A stretch of 64,000 nt of DNA from Geosiphon pyriformis uo1 (lineage: Eukaryota; Fungi; Glomeromycota). Positions 25,502 through 38,805 of the stretch are shown here, piece after piece (positions within the stretch are counted from its first letter, which is position 1; the number at the start of each line of letters is the position of its first letter). Under the pieces are notes generated by a model. It was not told the DNA's origin. It saw nothing but the letters and a program-made list of their open reading frames with translations, and searched no databases. The position numbers and the translations under genes were made by a program. Location: positions 124,001 to 188,000 of the forward strand of contig JAAOMT010000468.1 in NCBI GenBank assembly GCA_016748015.1, in the 5' to 3' direction.

Positions 25502-26850
25502 CTTATTACAATACAACAAACTTTATTGCTAGTTTTAAATAACCAGTTGATGATACAAGTCTTTTTATTAGCTCTTTCTAATAAAATACTTAAATCATAA
25601 GCTATTATTTCTACAGATAAAGTAAACAAAAGCACTCTAAAATAATTTTTAAATATCCAAATTTCATGATCTTTTACAGTCTTAGCTACATGTATTAAAT
25701 CTTTTTTAATTAAAAATAACTATCTAACTGTTAACTGCTTAATTTAATTTAATTTAGCAAATTCTACCACAGTCTAATTAGTTGTAATTGGATTAATACT
25801 ATTTTATTAAACTTATTTACTACAGTAACAATCATTTTTTTTGGCATATTCATGAGAATTTTTTTGATTATTACAGCCTAATTTGACCTAATTTTTTGTT
25901 TTTTAAGATTATCATTCACTTTGATTCTTTTTTTCTTAGCTAATAATACAACTTTGTTTATGTTTTTCTCTAATATAAATATAAATCTGATAATCCTCTT
26001 AAATTTTAAGAGAATAGTAGTCCTCCAAAATTATTGATTAATAAAACCATTTTTTTAATTACTTGAGTTTTTGCAATAGTTAATTTTTTTTCCACTACAA
26101 AGAGATTAATATCAAAAGTAAAAATTTTTTTAATAAATACTTCAATCTGAGTTTTTACTATTTTTGGATCAATCTATCTTTTGTTCAAAAAGATGTTAAG
26201 TAGAAAAGTAAAAAGTTCTTTATCTTTATTTATGCTATAATTAATTGTACTGATTAAAAAACCACATTTTAAACTAATATCTGCTTTTTTTGTTTTAGAA
26301 GTGTTTACTGCCAAACCAAGAAAAAAACCACTATCAATACCTAAAAACATATTATTATTTTCATTGTCATTAGATATACTGTTCTTATCTGATTATATAT
26401 TACTGCTAATATTAGGTTTAACCAAAGAGATATCTTTTTTATTACCAGAATCCTTGATATTGCCAATTGAAATCTTCTTTTTTTGGAAAAAAAAATCTCT
26501 AATAAAACTGTGAAAAACTTCTTTGAACACTTTTTTTTTGACATATTACTATCTAAAGCAGCCATTAAGTTTACCACAAAGAAATTATTTGTTTAAGAAA
26601 TGTTGTAAGAAACTAATAAGAAAAAATAAAAAACTTTTTTTTTGAATAAAATGCTTTTTGGAGAATTAAAAACATAGGAAAGAAAGAAATTTTTTTTTCC
26701 ATATTTAATTTTCATTTTATTACAACTAAAAAATTTATAAAATAATATAACTAAATTAAATAAATTGTTAAAATTAAATAAAGTAGCTTTACTTTTAATT
26801 TTTTGGTTTATTTTTGGTTTGATAATATTTTTTTCCATAATTTTATAAAT
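25502..26850 (-). mobile_element. Decayed non-LTR (LINE-like) ORF1 remnant, RRM-like
   Basis: Minus-strand translation gives DINL..AKTQVIKK, AVIIKKILMNMPKKMIV, VVEFAK and RVLLFTL..AYDL..KTCII, recognised by eye as LINE ORF1-like. Extremely A/T-shifted. Confidence 0.55.
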
Positions 26851-27494
26851 TGTTAAAATTATTGTTTAATCAACTCAAATATAATTTTGTGTTATCTATT
26901 GTATCACAATAACTAATGTTTATGTTCCTTCATTTGAGAAAGCCAATAAGAAAATTGGCTAGTCACCCCAATATAAAGCTGGTTATGGAAGCGTAGAAGG
27001 AGTAAGCAGAAATACGGAGCCAGCTATTCTCCAAAAAACCAAGAAATTATTACCAAGATTACAAAAACCGCAAAATTTGCAATAAAGTATAGTTTTAAGG
27101 GCAGTGACCCTCAGGGATTACAATTAGAGTTTTTTCGCAACGGATAGAACGATGAAAGATGGTCAAAGAAAAAGACGAATATCATTTATGTCATTAATCT
27201 ACAAAAATAAAAATGCTTGCAGCTTCACCATATTGAATTTACCCCGAAAAAGTCGCGTAAAAGTTTCTCATCGTGGCTGGTCAAACTGTGTGTTGCACAG
27301 AAGGTGGCGTATGATGGTCAAGTGTAACAATAGAAATGGTAGAAAATCAAAAGTACGAAAATTTGGACTCAAATCTCGAAGGCTAAAACAAATCTTTCTA
27401 AAAGTTTACAGCTCGAGAAAAGTTGTCTATTTGTTATTATAAACTGGCTATAAGAGATATATTTTTACCGTTCTGAAAGTTTAGATTGAGCCTA

Positions 27495-29750
27495 ATGGTG
27501 AGTTCCTTCTTCTCTTTTGACGCAGTTTTTACTACGTTATGGCGGATCCCTTGAAACATGCGTGACGCGCTAGTTCCCTCTGATTAATCTTGCAGGTTGT
27601 TCTCGCAGCATCGATATGTACAAAGGGTGGGAAAGGTACAAATCTCGAACCCATATGTGCAAAATTATAGAAAGATTTGAAAAGGAAAAAGTCAGCTCAC
27701 CCTTTTTGCCGGTGCTTATTTAGCTGTGATTTCACGTCAGTTTCGTGAAATGCCGAGACCACGAATTGAAGGTCTACTCGCTTCTTTTCCTAAGCTAACC
27801 AGCGCGGGGCAACAGCATACCACTATAGAGACTGAACATGTTCGATATGTATATCAGCCTCTTGATGAGCTCTACATAGTTCTTATCACCAACCGGCAAT
27901 CTAATATTTTGCAAGATATTGATACACTGCATTTATTTGCTCGGGTTGTTTCTGATATATGTCGCTCGACTGAAGAAAGAGAGATTCTGAAGAATAGCTT
28001 TGATTTATTGAGTGCTTTCGATGAAATTGTTTCTTTGGGATATCGGGAAAACGTGAATTTGGCTCAAGTAAAGAGTATAATAGAAATGGAAAGCCATGAA
28101 GAAAAAATTCAAGAGATCATCGCAAGGGTACGTAAATGCATATCCTTTATAAGATAGCGAGCACTTGCTGATTTTGGATTTTCTTGTTTTGAGTGTCTTA
28201 GACGAAGGAGCAAGAAGCAAGAGAAGAGCTCAAAAGGAGAGCGAAACAGCTTGAATTACAAAAAAAAGAAATGCTCAAAAGGGGAGGAAACTTGGCAGTA
28301 TCTTCCTTTGCGAGCAATTTTAGTCAAGCTGTGAGTAAGCCGTCGTATGCTGAGCCTCACGTGCAGTCCACCCTTGAGGAGGGTCTACGCTCTTCGTTTA
28401 ATAGTAGGTGTGGCATTATGTCATATAATATATCCTTTGATTATTTAACTCACTTCTAATCTAACTTCATTTGTAAAAAAGTGGCTCTCCAGCTTCTTCG
28501 GCTTCCAAGCCGAAGGGAATGCAACTTGGACGTAAGCAAAAGGGAGCTGATTTATTTGAAGCTGTCAAAAGTGAAGCTGGCCTTGGAGACATAAATGATA
28601 AGGCTAGTGCTGGGAGAGGAAGTTCGATCTCTAAAGTTCCCGTTGAAAGGTTATTTTTTTCTTGATTCTGGTTTCCTTGGATCGTTCCTTAACCCGAGTC
28701 CAATAATATTATGCAGCATCCATGTGTCTATCACTGAAAAGATAAAGCTTGAGGCAAATCGAGATGGAGGATTAGAAAGTATGGAAGTAAAAGGTGATCT
28801 TGAACTCACTATTTCTGATCCCAATGTTACACGTATCAAACTGGTCGTTCATGCAATCGATGATGGTAGTTTGCAACTACAGGTAGTTCCGTTGCCTTTC
28901 AATAACTTGATTCAATGAATAAATAATTCAATTCAGCTAAATTCAAATTTTTTTCTCGGTCAAAAAGACCCATCCAAATGTTGATAAAAAAATATTTGCC
29001 AATGAAAGTGTTATCGTTTTGAAAAATCCCGCAAAAGGATTTCCCGTCAACCAACCTCTAGGGGTTTTGAGGTGGCGCTTCCTTACCAAAGATGCTACTG
29101 CTATTCCACTCTCAAGTAAGTAACAGCTTTTATCAAATTTATTAAATTTTAGCAATTCTCGTTCTGGCCTTGATATACTTACTTCGAAATCAATAGTAAA
29201 TTGCTGGCCTTCTCCTTCCGGAGATGGGACAACAGATGTCAATATTGAATATGAATTAGAAAATGACCTTCAAGAGTTTAAGGATGTTTTGATATCTATT
29301 CCATTACCGTAAGTGTATGTTTTTCCATAAAAAATTGAACTTCAATTAGATTAACCGTAAAATTGGTTTAATATATTACTAGTGCTGGAGGCAACCCCAA
29401 AGTTGGTCAAGTGGATGGTCAATATGAAGTTAATCGCCAAACACGCACTTTTGAATGGCAGTTGCCTATTATTGACGCGTCTAACAAGCAAGGCTCATTG
29501 GAATTCAATATTTTGGGTGAAGATGTCAATCAATTCTTCCCAGTTTCGGTGTCATTTGTCAGCGACAAATTAATATGTGATGTGGATGTAAGATTTATTA
29601 AAAAGAAAGTTTTTTGTTAATTGGTATACGAATTTATAATAATTTTAATTTCTTATCTAGGTTAAAGATGTTATCAATTTAGAAAATGGAGCATCTGTCG
29701 TATTCTCCAAAGAAAAGCTACTGTCTGCCGAAGATTACAGCGTTGTATGA
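27495..29750 (+). CDS. RET2: Coatomer subunit delta (multi-exon; the first coding exon is only ATG)
   Basis: M|VVLAASICTKGGK|AVISRQFREMPRPRIEGLLASFPKL...SNILQDIDTL. Mu-homology C-terminus THPNVDK and VNCWPSPSGDG. Stop TGA at 29748-29750. Confidence 0.95.
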
Positions 29751-31010
29751 GATCAACAAGACAAAAAAGTGGATTTTCAATTATTAGGTTTGCATCCATT
29801 AAAGTTCAGAGTGATTTTTGTAAAAAGAGCGACTTAAATCGGCTCTTGTAAAATTGCTAGAGATAGATTGCTTCTGACCTTATTTATTAAAAGGAATGAT
29901 TCCAATCGACCATGCGCATAATTTTTTGTACGCAAACTATCGATGATTCAGGTTTAATTTGATGGAAATTTTCTCCCATCCCTACACTGTAAATGCATTT
30001 AACTTGTATCCGTTTACGAAACTCAAGAACTTTATGGGATGATTTTTTAGGACGATTCTAATGAGTTCAGTTTTCCTCTAATGGTAATACAGGGAATTTG
30101 TGGCTTGTGGGAAATCAATATCTTTTTTGACCATTATAATTTATTCTGTCGTGTTTAAAGCGCAGTAATATATTAAGTAATTTATGGTTGTGTATTGAAT
30201 TTGTTGAATTGTAACTGTTTTTTGTCATTTATATTATATAAGGTTTAGAAAACTAATAAAAATTAGTAATCTTGAAAAAAACTATATTAACATTATCATT
30301 TAATTATTTAATTATCAATTTATTTTTAGCTTAATACTTTATTATTCATAATAAAAATTCGGCAGTTTAAGAATTTTTTTAATAATAATGGTTATAATGA
30401 TATCAAACATAAATAAATTGAATAATTAAAAACGTATAAAAATTCAAGTTAACAATTTAAGACCAGGTGAATTGAAAACTAAAATTTTCAATTTTATTAT
30501 TTGAGTAAAATTTCAATGATTTTTATTTCAATTCTTTTATACTTGAAAAAGTTTAATAATCAATTTTTACCAATTACTTTATAATATATTTTAAACTAAT
30601 TAACACTTTTCACATTCACTTAAAGAAAACGTTTTCTTTTTTAATTTGATCGTTTAACATTTGTCAAGTAACGGTTTGTTAAAACCAATTAACGATTGTC
30701 CTCACGTGCGCGGAATACTCGAACCGACGATTGCGGATTTAAAATGATCTGTATCAAGTCGACGCAGCTTTGATGGTCGCATTCTGATACCATCGAACCA
30801 AGCCAAAAAAACCTTATCATATTCCCTTAGTTTTTTTAATCGGCGTTCCGAACTCGGTTTCATAGAAATTAATTAGTTGCTACGGGATTTTAAATTTTAA
30901 ATTTCATAGAATTCAAGGTACAATTCGGCAGAATTGCTCATCTAAACCGCTCAGTTTATGGACACTCATATTATGTTTGGCTTTTGCATCCCATTTTTAT
31001 TATAGCAAAA

Positions 31011-33001
<1,991 letters not shown>

Positions 33002-33118
33002 CAATATGCCGTTGTTGAACCAAAAAAAGGGTTCGCTATGCCTATGTTTAGTCGGGGTGTTGGCCCGGCGCAGAAGGGATGGGTGGCAAGTGTGGAGATG
33101 TTGACTGAACCATGGCAA

Positions 33119-33198
33119 GTATATTAATATTGATATTTTTCCGGCTCGAATTTTTATTTAATCAAATATTTTTCCGATACTACTAATAATATTTCCAG
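33119..33198 (+). other. Predicted 3'UTR intron of eRF1
   Basis: GTATAT donor (alternative GCAAGT at 33115), TACTAAT branch point at 33181 and CAG acceptor. It is 80 nt, like host introns. AATAAA at 33237. Confidence 0.75.
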
Positions 33199-33835
33199 CA
33201 ATATGGTGATCCTCTCACAGAAAAGAACAAAGTTTGAATAAACATACATGGTGGCCAACATTTAATAGTTTTTGCATTATTTTTAAGAATCAATTTCGGC
33301 TTGAATGAAGGATGATCCCGCTAAAAAATCGTTTATTCGCCTTTTTTCCTTTAGAAATCTTGGGTGGTTTCAAAAATTAATTTTGTAGTTTGGCAATCAC
33401 CTATGAAGTTTTTTTATAAATCCAAAATGTGCTGCCTTTAATGATTTTTCAGTGGCAAAATATTTTATCTTTTACAGGAAATATCTAATGAGATATTATT
33501 GAAGCATCTCCTGTTCGTATTTATTGTTTGTAAATGTTTTTGTTAAAGATTTAATACTTGACCTGATTTTAGAAAGTTATTTCCAGACACCATAAAAAAT
33601 ATACTATCAATCGGTCAAGTAGCATATCTGGGACAGCGAGAATCATAATTCATGCAAGAAGCTGCTTCGTCAAAACGTATTTGCCAAACAGTTATTAAGA
33701 AGGCGTCCGACTCATTATAAAACGGCTGCCTCTTTAAACCAAAAACGTGTATATTTAATTAGACTAGTTCCCATTGGTTAAAAAAAATTGGCTGATTCGT
33801 AATCCATTTTTTGTATCATTACAATTTTATGAACC

Positions 33836-34864
33836 TCATGAATCCAATTGAGTGAGTTCATCATTTTCAAGATTGGGACTTTGAATCAGAGGGAATGAGT
33901 GATAGCGCCGAAAAAATGGGCGACGAGTTACAGATAAAGTTTTTTTCTGAATGGGATTATGGTCAAAAAAATCATTTTCTATTGTAGAATCTCGCTTGCT
34001 ACCTATCAAGATTTTGCTTTTATGTTGCGTTTCAGGATCGGAATCAGATTGTAATCCTGATGGACTGTTTTTGGTGACCTGCTTTTTGGATGATTTGAGT
34101 TGTGTCGAAAGCGGAGTTTCCCCATCATTATCAAATTTTTTTATAAAAAAGGGGGTACCCCGTTCTTTTGATACCTTAGTTTCAGATGACATTGCCAAGT
34201 CAATGGGAGGCAAACTCACAGGAGTTGGTGAACTAGGTGTTGGTGAAACGGGGGAATATGAATATGGATCATCGCTGTTTGGAGTTACTTCATAGCTAGA
34301 ATGAAAATATTTCGAGCTAGGCGAACTATAAGACGGAGAAGCTGGAGATCCATTACTTTCTGCCAATGGTATTGATTTTGACCGCTGCTCAAATAATGAC
34401 TGAGGTCTTGGGGTTTGCGAAAGTTCTTTGTTTAATAAAAGGCAATTTGAATTTATCGAACACGAAAAAATGGTTTTTGGGGTTGTTCGTTGAGGTGTAG
34501 TGAAATTATCAGAGCCATAAATTTCTTTCAAGGGTTTAGTTGTGTTTGGAGTTGAGGGTTTGACGAAAGGACTCCATAAAAAATCCTCATCCTTGGATTT
34601 CGAGAGAGTAGGGACTTCTGTAGAAACGGGTTTCTCTTCACTGAACTCCCCCAAACTTCTGTCGGGACTTAAAAGTTCCAGTATATGAAGAGGGTTTTGC
34701 GGTCTCATAACTCCCCCATAGATAACTTTTTTATCATAAGGTGACCCCTGTATTTCACCGAAAAACTTTTCTTCCCTGAGTAATGCAAGATCAGTATCTC
34801 CTGACTCAGTCTTTTCCGACTCTATACTTGGAATTTTATTTTGTATTTCTTTCACCAAGTCCAT
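33836..34864 (-). CDS. Hypothetical Ser/Thr-Pro-rich, probably disordered protein (~342 aa)
   Basis: Long stop-free ORF in AT-rich DNA with gene-like composition. First ATG gives MDLVKEIQ. No recognisable domain. Confidence 0.7.
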   Translation of the reverse strand: MDLVKEIQNKIPSIESEKTESGDTDLALLREEKFFGEIQGSPYDKKVIYGGVMRPQNPLHILELLSPDRSLGEFSEEKPVSTEVPTLSKSKDEDFLWSPFVKPSTPNTTKPLKEIYGSDNFTTPQRTTPKTIFSCSINSNCLLLNKELSQTPRPQSLFEQRSKSIPLAESNGSPASPSYSSPSSKYFHSSYEVTPNSDDPYSYSPVSPTPSSPTPVSLPPIDLAMSSETKVSKERGTPFFIKKFDNDGETPLSTQLKSSKKQVTKNSPSGLQSDSDPETQHKSKILIGSKRDSTIENDFFDHNPIQKKTLSVTRRPFFRRYHSFPLIQSPNLENDELTQLDS

Positions 34865-35598
34865 TTTGAAAACACGCTTGGACAGTAAAAGCAAAGGATA
34901 TTATGAAGTTAGAAAAGAATTTCAACATTTTCAGCATTTAGCGTTGGGACGCGTCAGAACAGATTAACGTGCCCCAAATATAGGGATTGTCCAATGAGGT
35001 ATTTTTCGTAAATCACAGGTCTATAATTCGATAAATCATAAGAAACGTAATTATCCGCTTCAAATTAGTTCTGTTAATTAAATTAATATTATTACAATTA
35101 ATTTTAAACAGTGCAGCTTGATATGAAACCGGCACACTGGTATTAAGAGAGATCTGATTTTATTGATCATGTCAATGTCTTTATTTACACCGGGCACCCT
35201 ACATTACATACCTCAAACCCCCACACCATCTAAAGATCCACCCAACATGGGAGTCCAAGAGAAGCATGCTGCTCCGGCGAAATCAACTCCAGTTTAGGCC
35301 AAGCACCGAAGAAACATCCATATGTTTTAAAATAATAAATCTATTTCTGAGGCTTGTTAATTATTATCATTTCCACACTTCAAATATTTAAAGGGTTTTG
35401 TTTTGATAACTATAAACTTGAGTTCGGGCTCTTCCTGTGTAATTTAGAATAGTGAATCAGAATTCATTTTTTGATCTACTGTTGAAATCATTGAAATTCC
35501 TTTAAAAACCAAATCAAGCATCCTTTTATGAAGCTTTATCCATTATCGAGTTAAAACACTTCAACTGAGATGATAATCAACAATTGGCGATTAATGAT

Positions 35599-38054
35599 TT
35601 ATTTTAAAGATTTTCGCTTTTTACTTTCTGAATCTCCTTTTTATTTCTATCTTTCTCGTATGTTCCTTGGGCTTTTCTTTTTTTTGAAGCTTCAATTATT
35701 TCCCTATGTGTATTAATGGGAAAAGAGTACAAGCATTAGTATGTATTTGCATCCCTAATAATAAAGCCTAAACTTAAAAATGAATATTCCTACTTTTTGT
35801 GTCTGATTTTCTTCAAGTCATATATGGATCTGGTATTGATAGTCTTTCGTTCAATCGGCTTTCGACGTAATTGTTGTTTAGCGTTTTTGCTGGGATTTTT
35901 CAATTGAAGCATCCATTCAGGTACATCACAACCAGATTCTTTCATCACATTTACAATGCTAAAAGTTTCAATATTTTTTAATTTTCATTGATATTTATTT
36001 TTGAAAAATTGAAGTGCAAATAAAAAATAGCTATTTGACCTTTTTAAGAAGGGTGCATCATCTTTGGTGAAATATGTAACAGCTTGTCCTTGTCGTCCTG
36101 CTCGACCAGTTCTACCAATACGATGTATGTAGCTTTGAACCGATTGAGGGAAGTCGTAATTCACAACAAGGTTTACTCCTTTGAAATCCATGCCACGTGC
36201 CATCAATTCCGTTGCAATTAAAACCCATATTTTGCCTTGCATAAAATTAACAACTACTGCATCTCTCTGAAAGATGAAAGATATTTATGGGTGAATCCTT
36301 TAAGAGTACAATTATGGAGGGGGGGGGGGGGGGGGNNNNNNNNNNNNNNNNNNNNTAAATATTCAAGATGATTATAACATGTAAATAAAATTTCAGTGAC
36401 CTGAGCTCTCGTTCTTTCAGAATGGATGACATCAACATTAATTCCATCATAAATCAACTCGTGAAACAATTCTTTGGCACGTTCAATAGACTGAACAAAT
36501 ATGAGAACAGGTGGTTTCAATCCTCCCTGAATTAATTGTCTTATCGCGATTAATTTTCCTTCTTCCTGGCCGACAAATACAAGCTCTTGTTTAATGGTTT
36601 CCGTGGCGGCATTCCTGATAAAGAGAGGAAAAAAGTCAGGGACATTTCTTTTAGATTTTTAAATAATCAAAGCACTTACTTAACACCAACAACTATTCTT
36701 ATAGGATCTTTCATGATAGTGTTTGCAAGTGCCTCAACTCCTGAAGGAAGGGTGGCGCTATATAAGGATTTAAGTATTCGTGGATTTGAACACGCATTCA
36801 AAATCTCGTCTGTTTGATCCAGAAACCCAAGTTCAAGAAGTTTATCTGCTTCATCTAATATCAGATGGCGTACGCTTATCGGAGAGAAAAGGATTTTGGA
36901 TGTTGATAGAGGTTTAAAAGTAAAATCGGAGGTTGCTATCGTTTGCTTACTTTTTCAGTTTAATATGCTCTTGTTGTATTTCGTGCACAAGACGAAGAGG
37001 AGTACTAATTAAAATGTCTTGAAAAAAAACCATTAGAACAGGACGTTCATTTTATATGTATGTTTTAGTTGAAAGCATAAAATTTTCATTCTTACCAAAC
37101 TTTTGCCTTAGATGAGGTGCTTGTGCCTGAGTAGATGCTGTTGCTTTCGTGAGCATACATATTTTGAATTTCTTACCAATGCTTAATTTCTTGATCTCAC
37201 GATATATCTATATTAAGAAAGGGGATATTTATTAGAAAATTGATGAGCCATCAGTTCAAAGTATGATAGGATAATGAGAACATGCCTGCTGTGCCAACTC
37301 TCTCGTAGGAGATATTATCAAGGCACGATAACCAATTTTCTCCGGACCTTTGAGATCATGCAAAATAGGTAATAAATAAGCCAGAGTTTTTCCAGACCCA
37401 GTAGGAGCCATTGCCATAAGATCTCTTCCCTTTCAAAATAATTTTCATTTTATAAAGATGTTAACTAATTTGAAGTCAATACAATCAATTGAAATAAAAA
37501 AAGCAAAAGTTTTTCTAAAATTAATTGTTTACATGCAGAGATACTGGCACTGATTGCATCTGTATGGGTGTAGGTTGCTTGTATCCAGCATTTTCTAGAT
37601 TTTTTTGCAAGTAGGGTAATAATTCAAATTGTGTTGCAAGATCTTCAAATGTTCTAAATGGATTTGGGATATCTGTCCCGTATACACGAATACGATATCT
37701 TTTACGGAAGGTATGAACCTATCGAACAGTTGACCACAAGTAAATGAATAACAACACGGAATTAGTAATTAAAACAAGAGCTTTTCAATTTCAAAGAATA
37801 CTACCTCTTCTTGATTTTTGAATAAATTAACTGTTGAATATTTTGAGTTAGATGATTCAATCCGTTCTTCTTCACTTGTTTCAGGATCTTCTTGCAAATT
37901 TAATCAAATATGAAAAAAGTTTCTCGGGCAGAAAAAAACTTGTTTGGAATGTAGTTTTACCACTTTCTATTTTTCCTTTCTCTTTCTCATCTAAATTTAG
38001 ATCTTGGTTTTGATCATCATCATCATCTTTATCTCCGTTGCTATCCTCATCCTC

Positions 38055-38086
<32 letters not shown>

Positions 38087-38479
38087 AATCGCTTTCACCA
38101 TTTTCTAGAATTTCTGGGTCTTTTTCCAACCGATTATTGTCACCATCAGTTTCTTTTTGCTGCTTATGTGTAGGGATAACTTTGTTTTTGAAGAAGCTGC
38201 CAAAACTGGCATCAATAGCTTGTCGACTATTTTGGAAAAAGTCAATTTCTTGCAAAAGTTTGATCTGAGATTCTGCATCATCCAAAGTATTGTTTTTTAA
38301 TTTGCGAGTTTCATTTTGAGGCTTTAATAAAAAATAAAAATAGTGAATTTTGATTCCATCATGAATTGAAAAACCCACAATATAACGTATTTCACCTCAA
38401 AGAGTGCAATATCGTTGGCAAAACGCTTTTTGTCAAATTTTGCTCCACGAGAAAGAATATTAAATAGATTACCCTCCAT
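35599..38479 (-). CDS. ROK1: DEAD-box RNA helicase ROK1/DDX52 (multi-exon)
   Basis: N-terminus [16 protein letters not shown], then [42 protein letters not shown] and [10 protein letters not shown]. Confidence 0.93.
38012..38090 (-). repeat. (GAT)n coding microsatellite, poly-Asp tract in ROK1
   Basis: tcatcatca... runs translating [14 protein letters not shown]. Confidence 0.85.
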
Positions 38480-38805
38480 ATTAGTATCTCTGGTAAAATT
38501 GTTGATATAATTGGTAAAAATATTCGATATGACTTATTATAATCAAATGAAGATCCAATAGCAAAAATAGTGGTTTTTAATCCCTGTGTCAAAAAGTTAT
38601 TTGATGGTTCTAAGATACTGGCATATCAGAATTGATTCTTTAAGAGTCAGAAGACACTTTTTGACAAATGACCTGTCGAAAGCAGAAACTTTTACTTGGG
38701 TTTCGGTCGTTGGGAAAGTCCACTTTTAAGCAGCCTGTATATAAGCCATAGATTCGTATTTTCTTTCCTTAAAAGTCTCCAAGATTTCTTTGCCTTTTAG
38801 CTTCG
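38480..38805. promoter_or_regulatory. Probable bidirectional promoter ROK1 / ETF-QO
   Basis: Divergent start codons ~326 bp apart. Confidence 0.55.

Noticed and set aside
1-26850. Stop-codon reassignment (TAA=Gln, TGA=Trp) to explain in-frame stops in TEs
   Set aside because: Host genes end in TAA, TAG and TGA, eRF1 motifs are canonical, and stop positions differ between copies, as expected from transitions.
27152-27442. 96-aa basic ORF upstream of delta-COP
   Set aside because: Lies in the promoter/5'UTR with no recognisable motif; likely chance.
36317-36354. Poly-Pro and X runs in ORF-track proteins inside ROK1
   Set aside because: A G homopolymer next to an N gap within an intron; not coding.
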